64,000 nucleotides of DNA from Octopus vulgaris (lineage: Eukaryota). Position 1 is the first letter of the stretch. Each line of letters begins with the position of its first letter. Below are positions 26,960-41,214 of this stretch, one piece after another. Position numbers and translations under genes: made by a program. Where the stretch lies: NCBI GenBank assembly GCA_951406725.2, contig OX597826.1:59954001-60018000 (forward strand), in the 5' to 3' direction. Under the pieces are notes generated by a model, which saw nothing but the letters and a program-made list of their open reading frames with translations, was not told the DNA's origin and searched no databases.

Positions 26960-29186
26960 GTATGTATTTATGTATGTATGTGTGTGTACATATATGTATG
27001 CATATATGTGTGTGTGTGTTTTGGCCATATGTAAAAATGTATATAGATGTACATCCGACCTCTTATACATATGTGTGTGTGTAATATATACATATATATA
27101 GTCAATACATAGCCATACACACATGCACTCAATCATACACGCACATTCACACATATATGTATGCATAGCTATGAATTTGGTTATATACAAACGTACACAT
27201 ACATACCCATGCAAACATATACATAGAGTCCTACATAAACTCTCATACGAAATCAAAATGGAGTAACAGAGAAGTCAATGTAACTTTGAAAAATGGCTTT
27301 TTTTATTAAGTGCTAGATATTCTGTCTTGAAAGTAGTAATGTAATCATAACGTGTTTTTCGGGTAGCTTTAGGTAAGCACAATTATTTAACTTTTTTTAC
27401 ATTTTAAAGAATATTTTGGCATAAATCTGATTCGTTAAAACAATTTTTTTTTTTTATCTACAAATATCATAAATTAACCGAATATAATTTTAGAAACTGA
27501 ATCATTTGCAGTTAAATATTCTAATCCAAAAAACTATTAATTTCGAGAGACATTTATTATTATAAAATTCACTGCCTAAGAAACATTGCACTAACGGGAC
27601 GAATTGATGTATATAGAAACTTATTTATATCAATTTTTATATTAATAATTACGAAACCTGTTGCAATACTATGGACCCAATTTTCCATTATTCCTCAAAT
27701 AACACATATTTCTCAAGCAAACATTCATCTACTACATTAAAATATGCTGCAGTGTACATGTACAAAAGGTGGGAGTTAACTAAACACTAAATAAAATGAG
27801 TTGCTGATATCGAGATTATCGAGAGATTTTCGTAAAATTTTAGTGAATGAAGCGAGAGAATAGTTCTCCAGTGTATCTCCCTTTTGAGAAAATGTGAACC
27901 TTAACGACGAAGAAAAGGATGATTTAAAGTTATGAAGGAGCTCATTGTTATTGCATGCCTCCATTACGATTGAGGTGTTGAAAATGTGCCATGAGATGTT
28001 AGCTGCTAAATACCGAAGGCTGCTCTTCCTGGAATGAAACACGTGTAGAGTATTTCACATAGCAAAAAGGGAATATGTAACTTGCGAGGGAGAAAGGAAG
28101 AAAGGGGGGAAAAATAGAGAAACAGCGATGTAGAGAAGAAAGATATTGAAGAAAGGATGCAGGCAAAATATCGCACTTAGTCGCAAGATTTATTGGAAAT
28201 ATGGAAGGACTATTTAATTTCTGTTAGTTTGAAACGACTGTCGGGTATTTCGACTGAAGCTGCATGTAAGTTTATTGGTAACCATGTAAATTACTATAGA
28301 TAGATGGTTAGGGTATTCCGACCATACTAGACTATTAATGCATAATTAGATTATTCGATACCCTAGAGGGTTGGAGATGGATAGTTGTGGGAAGAGTTTA
28401 CCTATTGGCGTCTGTGACGTATTGGAGGGAATGTTGATTAAAGGGACATCATCATCATCATCATCATCATCCTAATAATGACGAGGAGGTGGAGGAAGGG
28501 ATTAGTATTAGGAGTACGATGACGAGAGGAAAAGGAGAAGATGACGACGACACTGGCTATGTTAGTCATGATGCTAATGTTATTCTTGTTGTAGGTAGAT
28601 AGACAACAGGAGCCAAACCGCCCTTATTTCATCATTATGGGAATAAAAAGTAACAATAATATTTAGTGCAAGGTTTCATAGAGATGCTGCTAATATCGCT
28701 TTCTTGTCGAGCGTTGGCATAGGTAAACCAACAGTTGCAAATTGACTTATCTTTAATAGATTCCTATTTTAATATTGCTAGAATTAAAAATAAATAACAG
28801 GTGAGCAAGAATATATTCCTTCAAGACTAGATGTAAAAAATAATCCCACTAAATATAACCATGAGTATATTTCTTTAACGTTGAATGAGAGAAATGATTA
28901 ATTTCTTTCAGTAACTCTCCATTTTAAAAAACAAAAAAATTTAAATGCCCAAAATTGATAACTTTTCATTGACTTCACAATCGTTGCATTATTTAATTAC
29001 CTGATGTTTGGGGCTCATACACTCACACACACACGTACACATACGCACACACTCACACGTGCGCGTGCTCACACATACAAATATATACATGCATATAAAT
29101 GTATATACATATATATGCATATATAGACATATATATATATATATATAGACATATATATTTATACACGTATATATACATATACATAC

Positions 29187-29217
<31 letters not shown>

Positions 29218-29399
29218 ATGATTATCTAAAAGCGTGGTTGTATTAGATTATTTTGTGACATTATTCTCATCTAATGACCCCGTGGAAAGTAAATCTACTA
29301 CTACTAATAATAATACAGCTAGCCTACTACTACCACTACTACTGCTACTTCTGTTATATATTGTATTATTATCAATCTTATTATCATTACAACTATGAT

Positions 29400-29440
29400 G
29401 ATTATTATTACTACAATCATCATCATTATTATTATTATTT

Positions 29441-29517
<77 letters not shown>
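29400..29517. repeat. (ATT)n microsatellite
   Basis: Directly visible. Confidence 0.95.
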
Positions 29518-29739
29518 TCTACTACTGTTAATACCATAACGGTTATTATTATTTCATTTTATTTTTAATGTATTATTTAAATATTTTTTTCTTCACTACT
29601 TTGCTTTAATTGCCCTGAAGTAACCTTTATAATTGTAGTGTTTGTTTTTTGTTTCTGTTTTTTTTATCTTTTCTAGTTGACATTTCTGCAAAAGTTTCAG
29701 AGTTAAAATATTTGTTAGCCTTCGCCTTTGATTAATCAA

Positions 29740-29783
<44 letters not shown>

Positions 29784-30485
29784 ACACACACACACACATA
29801 CATACACACACACACATACTCGCACGCACGCGCGTATATTATTTCATGTTGTTTCCATTCGTTTATTAGAAATACAAAAGACGTATTTATTTTAATGTTT
29901 TCTCTTCAAATTTTCGCCTTGTTTTTCACTGGGAAATTGTTTTCTACGTTAGTAATTTGTTTGTTTGGTATTTTCCTTGGAATTCTTCGATGGAAATTGG
30001 CTACTGCGTTAGTAATTGTTTTCTGTTAGTTTGTGTGAATGTGTGTATGTGTAAGTGTGTATGTGTGTAGTTTTGTGAGTGTTAGTATGTGTGTGCTTTA
30101 AATTTTTTTCTTTTATTTCTATTTTAGGATGGATGCGTTTAGAATGAAATTCGTCTTGTACCTGTAAGGGAATTTCAAGCCTTAGAAAAATGCATTTAGG
30201 AGAGTATAATTAAAATAATGTGAAGATATAGAAAACATTGTAGCCTGAAGATTTCCTGTATGCATATCAATACATAAGAGAATCGAAAGGAAAATTTACA
30301 CATGTTTCAAAATGCAGTTTCGAAAAAGTCCAGCTGAAGCTAAGCGAAGTCCAAGATTACACAACACATCGTGTAAGTGTCATTATTTAGACCAAACGTT
30401 TTGATAAGTACGTTAGTAAGAAACTCTTCGTTTTTGAGTGACTGGAATACCTCAGATAATAAAATTATATATATATATATATATA

Positions 30486-30772
30486 CTTTTCTCGTAGGAT
30501 ACTGGAATATTGCATATATACCATTATACCTCAAAAATAGAGTTACAACTTCAATACCGATAAATATCTTGCATCTATTTTCTTTCCTCCACCTCACTCT
30601 CCATTTTGTATCACATCTAAACTGACTATGACTTAATTTTCCTCTCACGCCATCTCCGATGAAGGGATATTATTAATAAATATCCTGCAAACACCTGTAA
30701 GACCTTCTATCTATAAATACTCTAATATCTACACACCATTGGTCTTTTATCTTATTAGGCAAAAAATTCTTA
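30486..30772 (+). mobile_element. Short Penelope-like 3' end/pLTR between two (TA)n tracts, with a degenerate hammerhead at 30653-30702
   Basis: tct CCGATGA a gggatatt..aatatcct GCAAA cacctg TA aga; preceded by HFVSHLN*, similar to PLE GIY-YIG C-termini. Confidence 0.5.
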
Positions 30773-30896
30773 CATATATATATATATACATTGATCTCTC
30801 TATTGTGTTTCTATTTATTCTGTCTATAACCAAAAGTATTATACGCACGGACGCGCAGCACACACACACACAAATATATTACCTACTGTAAAAATA

Positions 30897-31258
30897 TAGG
30901 TGTAGAAGTGGCTGTGTGGTAAAAAACTTGCTTCGCACCCACATGGTTCCAGCACGGATCACCATGGCTAAGTGCCCTCTGCTATAGCCTCGGGCCGACC
31001 AAAGCCTCGTGAGTGAATTTATTAGACATAAACTGAAAGAAGCCCGTCGTATATATGCGAGTATGTATGTATGCATTTGTGTGTCTGTGCTTGTCTTCCC
31101 ATTATTGTTTGCCAACTGATGTTGGTGTTGGTGTGTTTACGTCCCTGTAACTTATTGGTTCGGCAAAGAGACCGTTAGAATAAATACTAGGCTTACAAAA
31201 GAACAAGTCTTGAGGTTGATTTGTTCAAATGACTGAAACAAGTAAAAGAATGAAAGGA
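30897..31258 (+). mobile_element. SINE family A
   Basis: gtggctgtgtggtaa...ccacatggttcc...gactgaaacaagtaaaaga. Confidence 0.9.
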
Positions 31259-31446
31259 TATATATATATATATATCCTTTAAGTTCCTTTACGGGAAATT
31301 TTTGGCATATGCACATAAAAAGGTGCTATTCAGTTATGCCAGCTACAGCCTAATGATGCCAACGGCCGATATCTGTTTCTTTGGGATCGCACCGAGCTGG
31401 CGATATAACGTAGGATAAATCAGCGAAGGATTATTATTGTTATTAC

Positions 31447-31482
<36 letters not shown>

Positions 31483-31576
31483 TGTGTGTGTGTGTGTATG
31501 TGTGTGTGCGCGCGCGCGTGTATATATATATATATATATATAAATGTATGTATATATGTATATTTATAAGTGTATG

Positions 31577-32151
31577 TAGACATGCAGGAAGTAACTAGAC
31601 ACCTCTAATTTTCAAAATCTTGTATTTGATATTAATTGGTTGAAGGAGAGATTTTCTTCTAGTTGCTCGTCCATAATACCCAAGCTTATGCAGATATGTG
31701 ACACGTTCTTGGAGTAACTTCTAGCTGTTTTGCAATGTCAGAAGCCTTCGAATGGGCTTCGGTTTCTACAATTCTCTTCAAACAGCGAAGCTTCCTTTCC
31801 GAGGGCCCAGGTCGGCCGGTACGAGAATCTGTTGATTCTTTTCCTTGGCTTTTGAATTGCGCTATGATTCTATTATCAGTTGCAAGAGGAACTGGAAGAT
31901 TATCGGCAAGTTTTCGCTGGCTCAGATTGCCTCAGATTGCCCAACAATATGATCTCTTTGAAAATCTGACAGTTCTGCTGAATTTTTTGTGCGTGGCATG
32001 ATTGTTCTTTGGAGATGTTTAATATAATGGCACCTGGAATGAAAAAGAATAAGTACATAGTAAATTCTACACTGCTGAACACATATTAAGACGCCTAGAT
32101 CAGAAATTTTGAAAACTAAAAAAACTGTCTATTTACTTCCTGCATGTCTGT
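31577..32151 (-). mobile_element. Internally deleted Tc1-like DNA transposon
   Basis: TIRs agacatgcaggaagtaa.tagaca / tgtctatttacttcctgcatgtct; from the ATG at 31999 the minus strand reads MPRTKNSAELSDFQRDHIVG/LSQRKLADNLPVPLATDNRIIAQFKSQGKESTDSRTGRP (Tc1 paired-like HTH plus GRP linker); no DDE domain. Confidence 0.85.
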
Positions 32152-32201
32152 GTATGTATCTGTGTGTGCTTGTGTGTGTTTCTAGGTATGCATATTTGGA
32201 C

Positions 32202-32428
32202 TTTACTACCCACAAGGGGCTAAACACAGAGGGGACAAACAAGGACAGACAAAGCGATTAAGTTGATTCCATCGACCCCAGTGCGTAACTGGTACTTAAT
32301 TTATCGACCCCGAAAGGATGAAAGGCAAAGTCGACCTCGGTGGAATTTGAACTCAGAACGTAACGGCAGACGAAATACGGCTACGCATTTCGCCCGGCGT
32401 GCTAACGTTTCTGCCAGCTCGCCGCCTT
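32202..32428 (-). mobile_element. SINE family B (tRNA-like head, central cctttcatcctttcggggtcgataaa domain)
   Basis: Near-identical reverse complement of 49919-50150. Confidence 0.95.
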
Positions 32429-33137
32429 CTGTACATATATGCACATCCATATGCGTAAGACTGGATAATTTTAGTTTTTATTATAAGACAGTGTAACATA
32501 CTATTACAGAAATTTAGCTGCTATTACTTCCATATAGAGAAATCTCATGGAGGGCAAAATAATCTACGTTGCACTGATCATCAAAGTTTAATTCAAATAA
32601 TCATAATGGAATGATTGTAAACATTTCCAATGTTTCCCGGAGTTGGAAAATAATTCTGTTATCTCCTTTACGAATTGTAACAATGCCACTTTGAATATTT
32701 CTTGCAAAACTATTTCGATGCCATTCTTTCTCTCTTAAATTATGAGATTGCTCGATAGGTCATCGCAATCTCATAAATAAATTGTTTGTTTATGGACTTG
32801 TATAATAACTTATATTGAAAACAGAAACAAACTGTCCGGAAAAACACATTATTAATGATATATTCCCGCATGAACCTTATATAATATTTTTCTTTCCATT
32901 ATATCCTTTTTCTATTTTCAGAGTAGATATGATTATCTTTATGATACACAAACTTTGATTATCTGTACATACACTTTTGCAACTGTGTTGCAGATATACG
33001 ACATCTAACACAAGTATTTACTACATGACTTTGTAATCTATTATCCTAAGTATTTTGCTTTTATGACAATTTTATTTACTGATATCTATTTCATTGATAA
33101 TCGACTTCTTTGTTTTTTTTTGTTTTTGTTTTTTCAG

Positions 33138-33215
33138 AATCTTCAAACAATTCAAAAGTAAGCCAATATACCTTTCGTCCAACTATGTTCGTGGTTTGTA
33201 GATATTTTAAACACG
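33138..33215 (+). other. Candidate small spliced exon (78 nt, phase 1-1)
   Basis: Long poly-T tract plus ttttcAG acceptor and G|GTAAGA donor; the single open frame reads SSNNSKVSQYTFRPTMFVVCRYFKH; no homology recognised. Confidence 0.3.
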
Positions 33216-34082
33216 GTAAGAGTAATTTTCAACTTAACATTGAATTAAGAAGCCTTTAGAAGTTAAGAATATTGTGACTTGAGACACAGTTTTATTATAT
33301 ACAAGACGATATTTCAAAACTTACGTATCCGAATTCTTTATGCGTCGAATCTACCATAGATGTTAGTCGATTTTCATGGTGCGGTTGCTGCATTTTATGT
33401 TTATTTCTTCAATTGAGGGAGCGAAAAATATTCTGCTTATTTTCTGTTTTATCTCACTTTCAATTCTAATCGAAAGTTGTCTGTCTTATAAAATTGGGGA
33501 CTTATACAATGAGCGTTTCTTGATACATTCTAACTACAAGTTGAACTTGATGCAATTTCTTTGCTGTCTATTGATGAATTAAATGCACTTTCTTCGGTTT
33601 AATTTAGAGATACTTAACTGCTCTCTATAATAAACATGATTTTACTGAGGAATTCTGTGTCGAAATGTATGTTAGTGGGCAAAATAATTTCTCTGCTTAT
33701 TAAGCCATTAAATTTTTTACCATAATATTAATTTCAAAAATTGAAAATTAGGACTCTTAAAATTCACGTGAACTTGACAACGAATAGATTAAACGATTTT
33801 AGCTAAGTTTAAAGAAAATATTTTCGATCACTCGTTGACTTAATGAAAATATTTTTACTACTCTATAAATTAATTTAGGAGAGAAATATGATGTCTTCTT
33901 TTCAAGATATATCTATTTATATATGGCTAATATTATAGTAATAGAAACATAAAGCACAGAAACCTGATGTCATATAATAGCATCACCTAGTTTTTTTTAT
34001 TTCTTTATAAATGTGTTTCTAACGAGAACTAAAAGTTTTGATAGAAATTCGATAATGGAAGGCAGTTATTACGTTTTGGCAG

Positions 34083-34142
34083 CACTGTGGAAATTTCGTG
34101 GTTATTCAAAGCCTGAAGAACCCGGTGTCCCCAATATACGAG
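34083..34142 (+). other. Candidate small spliced exon (60 nt, phase 1-1)
   Basis: ttttggcAG acceptor and AG|GTAAGG donor; in frame with the 33138-33215 candidate, reading ALWKFRGYSKPEEPGVPNIR. Confidence 0.25.
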
Positions 34143-35903
34143 GTAAGGAATGAGAGAAACAACTGACAATTTGAGAATTTCATGCGTATAGCAGCAACAT
34201 TGTTTTTTACCAACATTCGTTTATAAAATAGTCTGTGAGACATTTCGGTTTCAGGACCATTTTTCACAATGAGATGCTCAAAGCTAACATCGGATCATGA
34301 TCAACAATAGAGATAAAACATCCATATATTAAAAATGTCTTCAAATCTTGATTGAATTTCCAGCTATAAGGAATTGTTCGCTAAAACCTCCTATAACCAT
34401 TGTGTAAAGTTTTACATACAACATGGTAATGATAACATTGAATTTTCTCATTTAAAATAACAAATGACATGCTATGTGTCATTATGGGTCGTATTACCTC
34501 TTGAAACTGCAGAGTAGAATCATTAAAAATTATTTTCAACTTTTTTAATCATTTAGTTTTCATACTAAGTTTTAACATTGAAGATATTTTAGCATATTGT
34601 AAAACTATTTCTTTAGTTTGGATAAACAAAAGTCATTGAAAAGCTATTGTAGTTGTCAATATAAGAGCAATCTGTTGCATTCTTCTTCATTTCGACGCAC
34701 ATTTTCCTGAAATTTTAATCTTCTTTTTCATGTATTATCTTCAATGCATACTAAAGCATCGAATGCAATTTTTTACAATGAGATATGCGGTGAATCTAAA
34801 TGGGATTTGGAGTTTCTTTTCCTAAATAAGTTATGTAATTCGGATAGCAACCACTCACAACCGAGAGATCTACAACAAGAGTGTTATCAATAAGAATATT
34901 GCTTTCACAAAAAAATGACTTATGAGGAAATTTAATGAGAGCCGCAACTTTTGTATCTGCCTCCATTTTAACAATAAAAGTGTATCCCCTCTTGGATTGC
35001 ATTAGTATTTCATTATTTAAACGTCTTCCATACGCCAAAATTCATGTCACGCCAATACCACTGAGAGATTCATCTGAGTGTATGAATAATACTCAGTCTC
35101 AAAGCGTTTTCCATTCTTTGCTACTTCTCCGTTCCAAATTTTAGTGACTTCGGTTACCTTAAACAATAAATTTAAGCAAGACTTTTGTAGTTTTACGATA
35201 CATAATTGATAAAAGCTCATTCACTATTGATGCCATCAGCGATTCAACGACACTGTGTTGCGTGTTGCTTCTGGATACGAGACCATTTAATGGAGATTGA
35301 TAATGGCAACGATTGTCGCAATTGCAGTTGTTTCAAGAAAATTTTCATGGAAATTTTGCAATAGTAAATGGCTTTCATCTATTTTCCTGTTGAAATGCAT
35401 TTTGCTTAAATGGTAACTGACAGTTTTATAGCTATATTTATGAATGTCTGCATACGAAAAAGAGAGCTGGATCTGTCCATGGCGAAATAAATCCCAAACC
35501 AAGACAATTGACCGATAATTCTGTAAATATTTTAAATCATTACGGGATCAAAATAACAGGAAATGTAATAGTATGTAATAATACTCTTTATTTGTTAGAA
35601 AACACTATGCAATATTAAAGCTTATTTGAAAACACGAATTGTCTTTGACTTTTATTTCTAGTTTCAAAATGTTAGCTGTTACCCTCTTAGTTCAGCCACA
35701 GAAAGAAAACTGCATTATTCTATAGTCAGGAAGCCTGTTGTTTCTACTATTATCGTTACAACCAATCTCACATGTTGCCAAATTACACGTTTCGCCAATA
35801 GTTTTATCGAAATTCTCAGTTAGTTTCCGTCTTTCCGCATTTCATATGAATAGTATTTCAAGTCAAGTCGAACACCCATGAAGTGCGTCAATGGAGCCCG
35901 GTC

Positions 35904-36120
35904 CACGATGGGGTCCTGAAAAGCTCCGGACCTTAAGGGTATCGCGAAAGGCCTGGTCGGATGCCCAAATGTCCGAGATCTGTTTCAGGGCTTAGGATAA
36001 CTGAAGGATTGCTGCAATAAATGTGAGGAGCAGAGAGGGTAATATATTATATCAAATCTTAACTGAGCCTCCAGTATTTTCTTGTACCCAAAGACAAGAA
36101 CTTTTCAGCCTACCATCGTA
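35904..36120 (+). mobile_element. Mariner-derived MITE (~215 bp)
   Basis: Ends cgatggggtcctgaaaagct / gaacttttcagcctaccatcgta; homologous to 36473 and 51272. Confidence 0.8.
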
Positions 36121-36472
36121 CATGATTAAAACATATACAATACCAAACGCAGCCTGTCGAGGCCTGCTAACGGGTGCTAGTTTTGCGGCTGCAGAATATT
36201 CGCGTAAAGTCTTTCAGTTATCTCAACCGACATGCTTCTACATGAATATGTGTGTACCTATTTATCTTCGTATGAACACAATTATGCGTAAATAACATGT
36301 ATAATTACAAGCAGTGTCATATGTGTATGGTTGCTTTTAAATATCAACTGTATTGCATGAAATCCAGCACGTATCGAGGTTTACATGGTAAGAATGAGAT
36401 AAGAATATAAGTAGAGAAAATATAAAAAAACAAGGAAACTAATTGGCCTATATGCATCCACACTCACATAGA

Positions 36473-36677
36473 TACGAGGGGATTGCTGAAAAGTTCCTGG
36501 CTTTAAAGGTATCGCGAAAGGTGTGGCTGGAGGCCCAAATATCGGGTTAGAAAAACTGTAGGACTGCTGCAACAAGTGCTTGAATCTGGGAGGATAATAC
36601 GTTGAATAAAATTATAATTAACTGTTCCTCTAGTATTTTCTTTTGCCCAACGCTAAGAACATTTCACCACTCTGGTA
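36473..36677 (+). mobile_element. Mariner-derived MITE
   Basis: tacgaggggattgctgaaaagttcctgg TIR; retains the transposase C-terminus GLEKL*DCCNKCLNLGG*YVE*. Confidence 0.85.
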
Positions 36678-36705
36678 TATACATGTGTGTGTGTGTGCGT
36701 GTGTG

Positions 36706-36749
<44 letters not shown>

Positions 36750-36846
36750 AATTTCTGTTTCTACTTCGCGGATTTTCACCTATCGCGGGAGTTTCTGGAA
36801 CGTAACATGCGATAGTCAAGGGATCACTGTATGTGTGTGTGTGTGT

Positions 36847-36920
<74 letters not shown>

Positions 36921-37940
36921 ATGTGTGTGTACCTGCGTGTGTATGTATGTATGTACCATGTATAAAAGACGTTGATGATAGATGCACGATTCTGGAGACA
37001 CAAATATTTTATCGTCTTTATCAGTTCATTTATTTTTATTTGTTTATATATCTATTAATTCATTTTCCTTTTATTCTCTTGTTCTCTTTGATATCATCAA
37101 TTTCTTACACGGGTGTGTTCTGAGCGCACGGTTTATTATGTATTTGTTTGTTTCGAAATCATTTGTATACTAATGAAATAATACGCACAAATACGACGAG
37201 GTTTTTATATTTTGTGAAATTATTTTTTTTCTTTTTTTGTAAATTGCTTTAATGATCCACCTGAAGAGTCGGTAATTTCCAGTATTGGTATCATAATACG
37301 GAATCTATGTACTCTTTCGTATATTATAGAATAATGTTCTAGCAATAAACTTCTGATTAAGCGTCGAAGAAACAATTGTAGAATTATGTAATAGAGCGTG
37401 TTGCTCGCTCCAATCTTCTTGGTAATGTTTATATACACTCTATAGTTATTTGCGGATTCTCAGAGATATCATCAGTGAAGCGATACAGATTCCTTGATTG
37501 TTTTTATCTGATAGCCGATACATAAACAACCATGCGTCTATATATCTTTGAAAATGTGTTCTTGCACATCTGTGAGTATGTAAGCATATGTGTAGCTGTA
37601 CCAGCTTGCCCGTCTGTGCTATTGTCCTCCTTTTTTTTTACTTCATGTCAATAAGATATATCGTTTTACCAGTTTTGTTAAGGACATTTTTAATTGCACT
37701 ATGAAATAATTTCTGTAGACTCAACTGAAAAATCTAAGAAAAATTGCAGATAATAGAAGAAATTTTGGTTATGCATTTACAGGGAAATATTCTGCCTCTT
37801 CGCAATGATGATAATGATGGTACTCCTACAAATACAACACACCAATCCCTCCAAGGAGAAACACACAACACATTTATATATTAACAAAACATAAAGACAA
37901 ACAAACGTATATGAATTCTCACTAATTCATTTACCCTGCG

Positions 37941-38238
37941 AAAGCGCGTGGCTTGGTGGTTAGGGATATTGGACTCCTGATCGTAAGATTATAGTTTCGA
38001 TTCATGAAGCGGGCGATGCGTTGCGTTCATGAACAAAACACTTAATTTCACGTTGCTCCATTCCCTTCAGCTGGCAAAAATGAGTAATCATTCGACCCAC
38101 CGGAGTCCCGTCCAGCTTCGGAATAAAACTTGGAAACCGCTATGAAAGCAGCGAGTGCTTTCATGCGTACATAAATCCATACATAAATCCAGGAAACCGG
38201 CCCTTGTGAGTCGGTGTGACTCGAGAGGTTTTTCTTTT
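37941..38238 (+). mobile_element. SINE family C (tRNA head plus CORE-like segment)
   Basis: gcgtggcttggtggttaggg A box, gtttcgattc B box, ttcatgaacaaaacacttaatttcacgttgctcc CORE-like segment. Confidence 0.75.
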
Positions 38239-38469
38239 TACAACTCATATACCAAAGAGAATGATGTTAAGAGACAAAGATCGAAAGACTTAATTTGATT
38301 ACTTGATCTTCCAGAATACCTGCCCACTCTCCTTCTAGTCATTTTCTTTTTCTTATGGAAAGACTTTGACGTATCCCGGGGCATAGTTTTCATCATGTCA
38401 TAGTTCGATGCTGTTTTCTTGGTGTATAATTTGCTGAGTTTGCAAAACCTAAAGCCACTCATCCCCACT

Positions 38470-38652
38470 GAACGAGACACCAGTCCAACTCAAAGTCAAC
38501 TTCTCATCTACTGCGGGAACTCTTTGAGAGTTGATTCTACTGGTGTAATCGAAAATTAATTGTTTTGCTCACGATCACTCTGTACACTCGCAGTACAAAT
38601 CGAAACTACAATCGTAAGATTGTAAGTGCAACACCCCTAACACTAGGTCACG
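38470..38652 (-). mobile_element. Diverged SINE related to family C
   Basis: aatcgaaactacaatcgtaagattgtaagtgcaacacccctaacactaggtcacg is the reverse complement of a family C-like head. Confidence 0.55.
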
Positions 38653-39381
38653 TAACTGTCTAAAGTTAAGAGAAGATATTAGATAACTGAATGTTCGGCC
38701 CCCGAGTCAGTGTTAGACTGCTCTACACTAGAATTCACTAGATTGTTGTACTGCTCGGTAAGTGCTGAGCAAAAGCTAAATAACAAAACGAAAAACGATT
38801 TCAGTTAAGAAATTCTCACTCCCCACATCATATGATTCTAAAGTAATTTTTTTTTCTTCTGCTACAGTATGATAAATGACCGAGTTTTATGTAATATAAC
38901 AAGTTACATATCGACTGGAGATTCTGAAATCTTCCTATAAGAGTCTTGAACCATATTAGTATTTCAATAATGTTTCATTGCAGAGCCTTGTAAGTGATCG
39001 CCATCTTTCGTGAACCCCGCCAAGCAAAAGTAACTTATTTTCCTTAAGCTGTTTATAGAAATGACAGTATAGCTCGCAAAATTTATTACGAAACAGGCAA
39101 ATATATAATTGAAAATGCTTTGTTTTACTCAGAGCTCTACGCATCACATATACACAATCGCATACACTATCACAATCGCGCACAACAGTGTCCAAAAGGA
39201 CACGCCAAGAAAAACATTGAGTAAACACATAATGCTAACAAACGAAATAACACACAGTCTAACAGACGGAAAGGAGTTTATCAATAATCCCTTACATATT
39301 TATGTATCTGATACTTAGACATAAAAATGGATACGTATGCATGCAGGTTTTACGCATAAACGCGCTCGCACGTGCACGTTT

Positions 39382-39383
<2 letters not shown>

Positions 39384-39456
<73 letters not shown>

Positions 39457-39655
39457 CATACACACATACACATGTATTAATATCTACAGTTATCAATCTC
39501 TCTACATGTCTGCGCATGTAGGGTGGGATGTGTGCGTCTGTATCTATGTGTCTAATGTATCTATCTATAAATATATTTTTACACAAATACATACATATAT
39601 ACATACATACACGCATATTTATATATGTGCACATGCATATATTTATACATATATA

Positions 39656-39700
<45 letters not shown>

Positions 39701-39825
39701 ACTGTGTATGCATATGAGCTTAGATATATGTATGAATATGTATGTGTGTGTTTTTGTGAGTGTGTGTGTATGTGTCTATATGTATATATATATATATGTA
39801 TATATATGTATATATATATACATAC
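39384..39825. repeat. (TA)n-rich microsatellite region
   Basis: Directly visible. Confidence 0.9.
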
Positions 39826-40997
39826 AGCGAGGGAGAAGAGGTTAGATGGACATTTGAAATAATATTAACATACAACTGTATACACCCATATACACATCCA
39901 AATACATACATGCTTACATAATTATTTGCATACATATATACGTTTCGATACATTTATACCGAGATGTACAAATACATGCGTACATAAATCCATACGTACA
40001 ATATCATATTATACATACGATATAAAATATGGATAAAATATCTCCTTTATCTTACATCTCCAAATACAGATTCTTTTCATTGCACAGCTTTAATATGAAA
40101 TATTGTTTTTCATTTACTTGTTATTTATCTGAGATGTTTGTATTGCATTGTTTTATTGCCATTTTTGGGGAGGTCTTGGATAAGCACTCTCATATATATA
40201 GATATAATTATAGATATAAATATGTACGCATGTATGTGGAAATTTGTATATATGAAAATGCAAATTTACGTGTGCGTAGGTATGGCGTACATATACACAT
40301 ATTTGTGTATGTACACTGTATATACATGCATATGTAAGTCTACATGTATGTGTGTACGTGTATGAGTAGTGTGTGTGTGTGTGTCTGTGTGCGCGCGTGT
40401 CATGGGAAAGACGTATAGAAGCAGTACAATACACTACATTGACATCTTGGAATATTTAGTACAAAATAAAAATAAAAATATAGATACATATAATGAGAAT
40501 TCACTAAAACGGAAAAAATAACCTCTACCTATGCAGGATAAAGATATGCATCGACTCTAACAATTTTTCCGTTCTGCTCACCTTTTTGCACTCCGAAATT
40601 GTAGCTCCGAAATTGCTAAGAGCTGAAATGCCTTGAATAATGTTGAGCGAGATAGGTCAGTCAGCTGTTGTTGCTCCGTTGTCTTGGTGAATCAATCACC
40701 TATTTGTCAAGTGTCAAATTCCTTTTGTTTTCAAGCTATTTTCTCTTCAAGTCATCAAATATTTAATCGGTCATATTTTAGGCCCTTCCTCAGAAGAGGA
40801 ACTCTAGGAAGTGATATTCGGGCAATATGGATTCCGGGAGGGAAGACAGACTTTCATGAAAGTCTAATTTTTGTTTGGATTTACTTTTGTATTTCTCCAT
40901 CAGTGGTTTTTTTAATTAATATAATTTCCCTTTTTCTTCACTTTTTATATCCTCCCGTGCCCACCAGACAATCGGGTCGTGGTACTACTCATAGTCC

Positions 40998-41214
40998 CGA
41001 AACGTTAGCGCGCCGGACGAAATGCTGGGCGGTATTTCGTCTGCCGTTACGTTCTGAGTTCAAATTCCGCTGAGGTTGACTTTGCTTTTCATCCTTTCGG
41101 GGTCGATAAATTAAGTACCAGTTACGCACTGGGGTCGATGTAATCGACTTAATACCTATGTCTGTCCTTGTTTGTCCCCTCTATGTTTAGCCCCTTGTGG
41201 GTAATAAAGAAATA
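40998..41214 (+). mobile_element. SINE family B, 5'-truncated, 17-bp TSD
   Basis: TSD ggtactactcatagtcc at 40981-40997 and 41215-41231. Confidence 0.95.
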
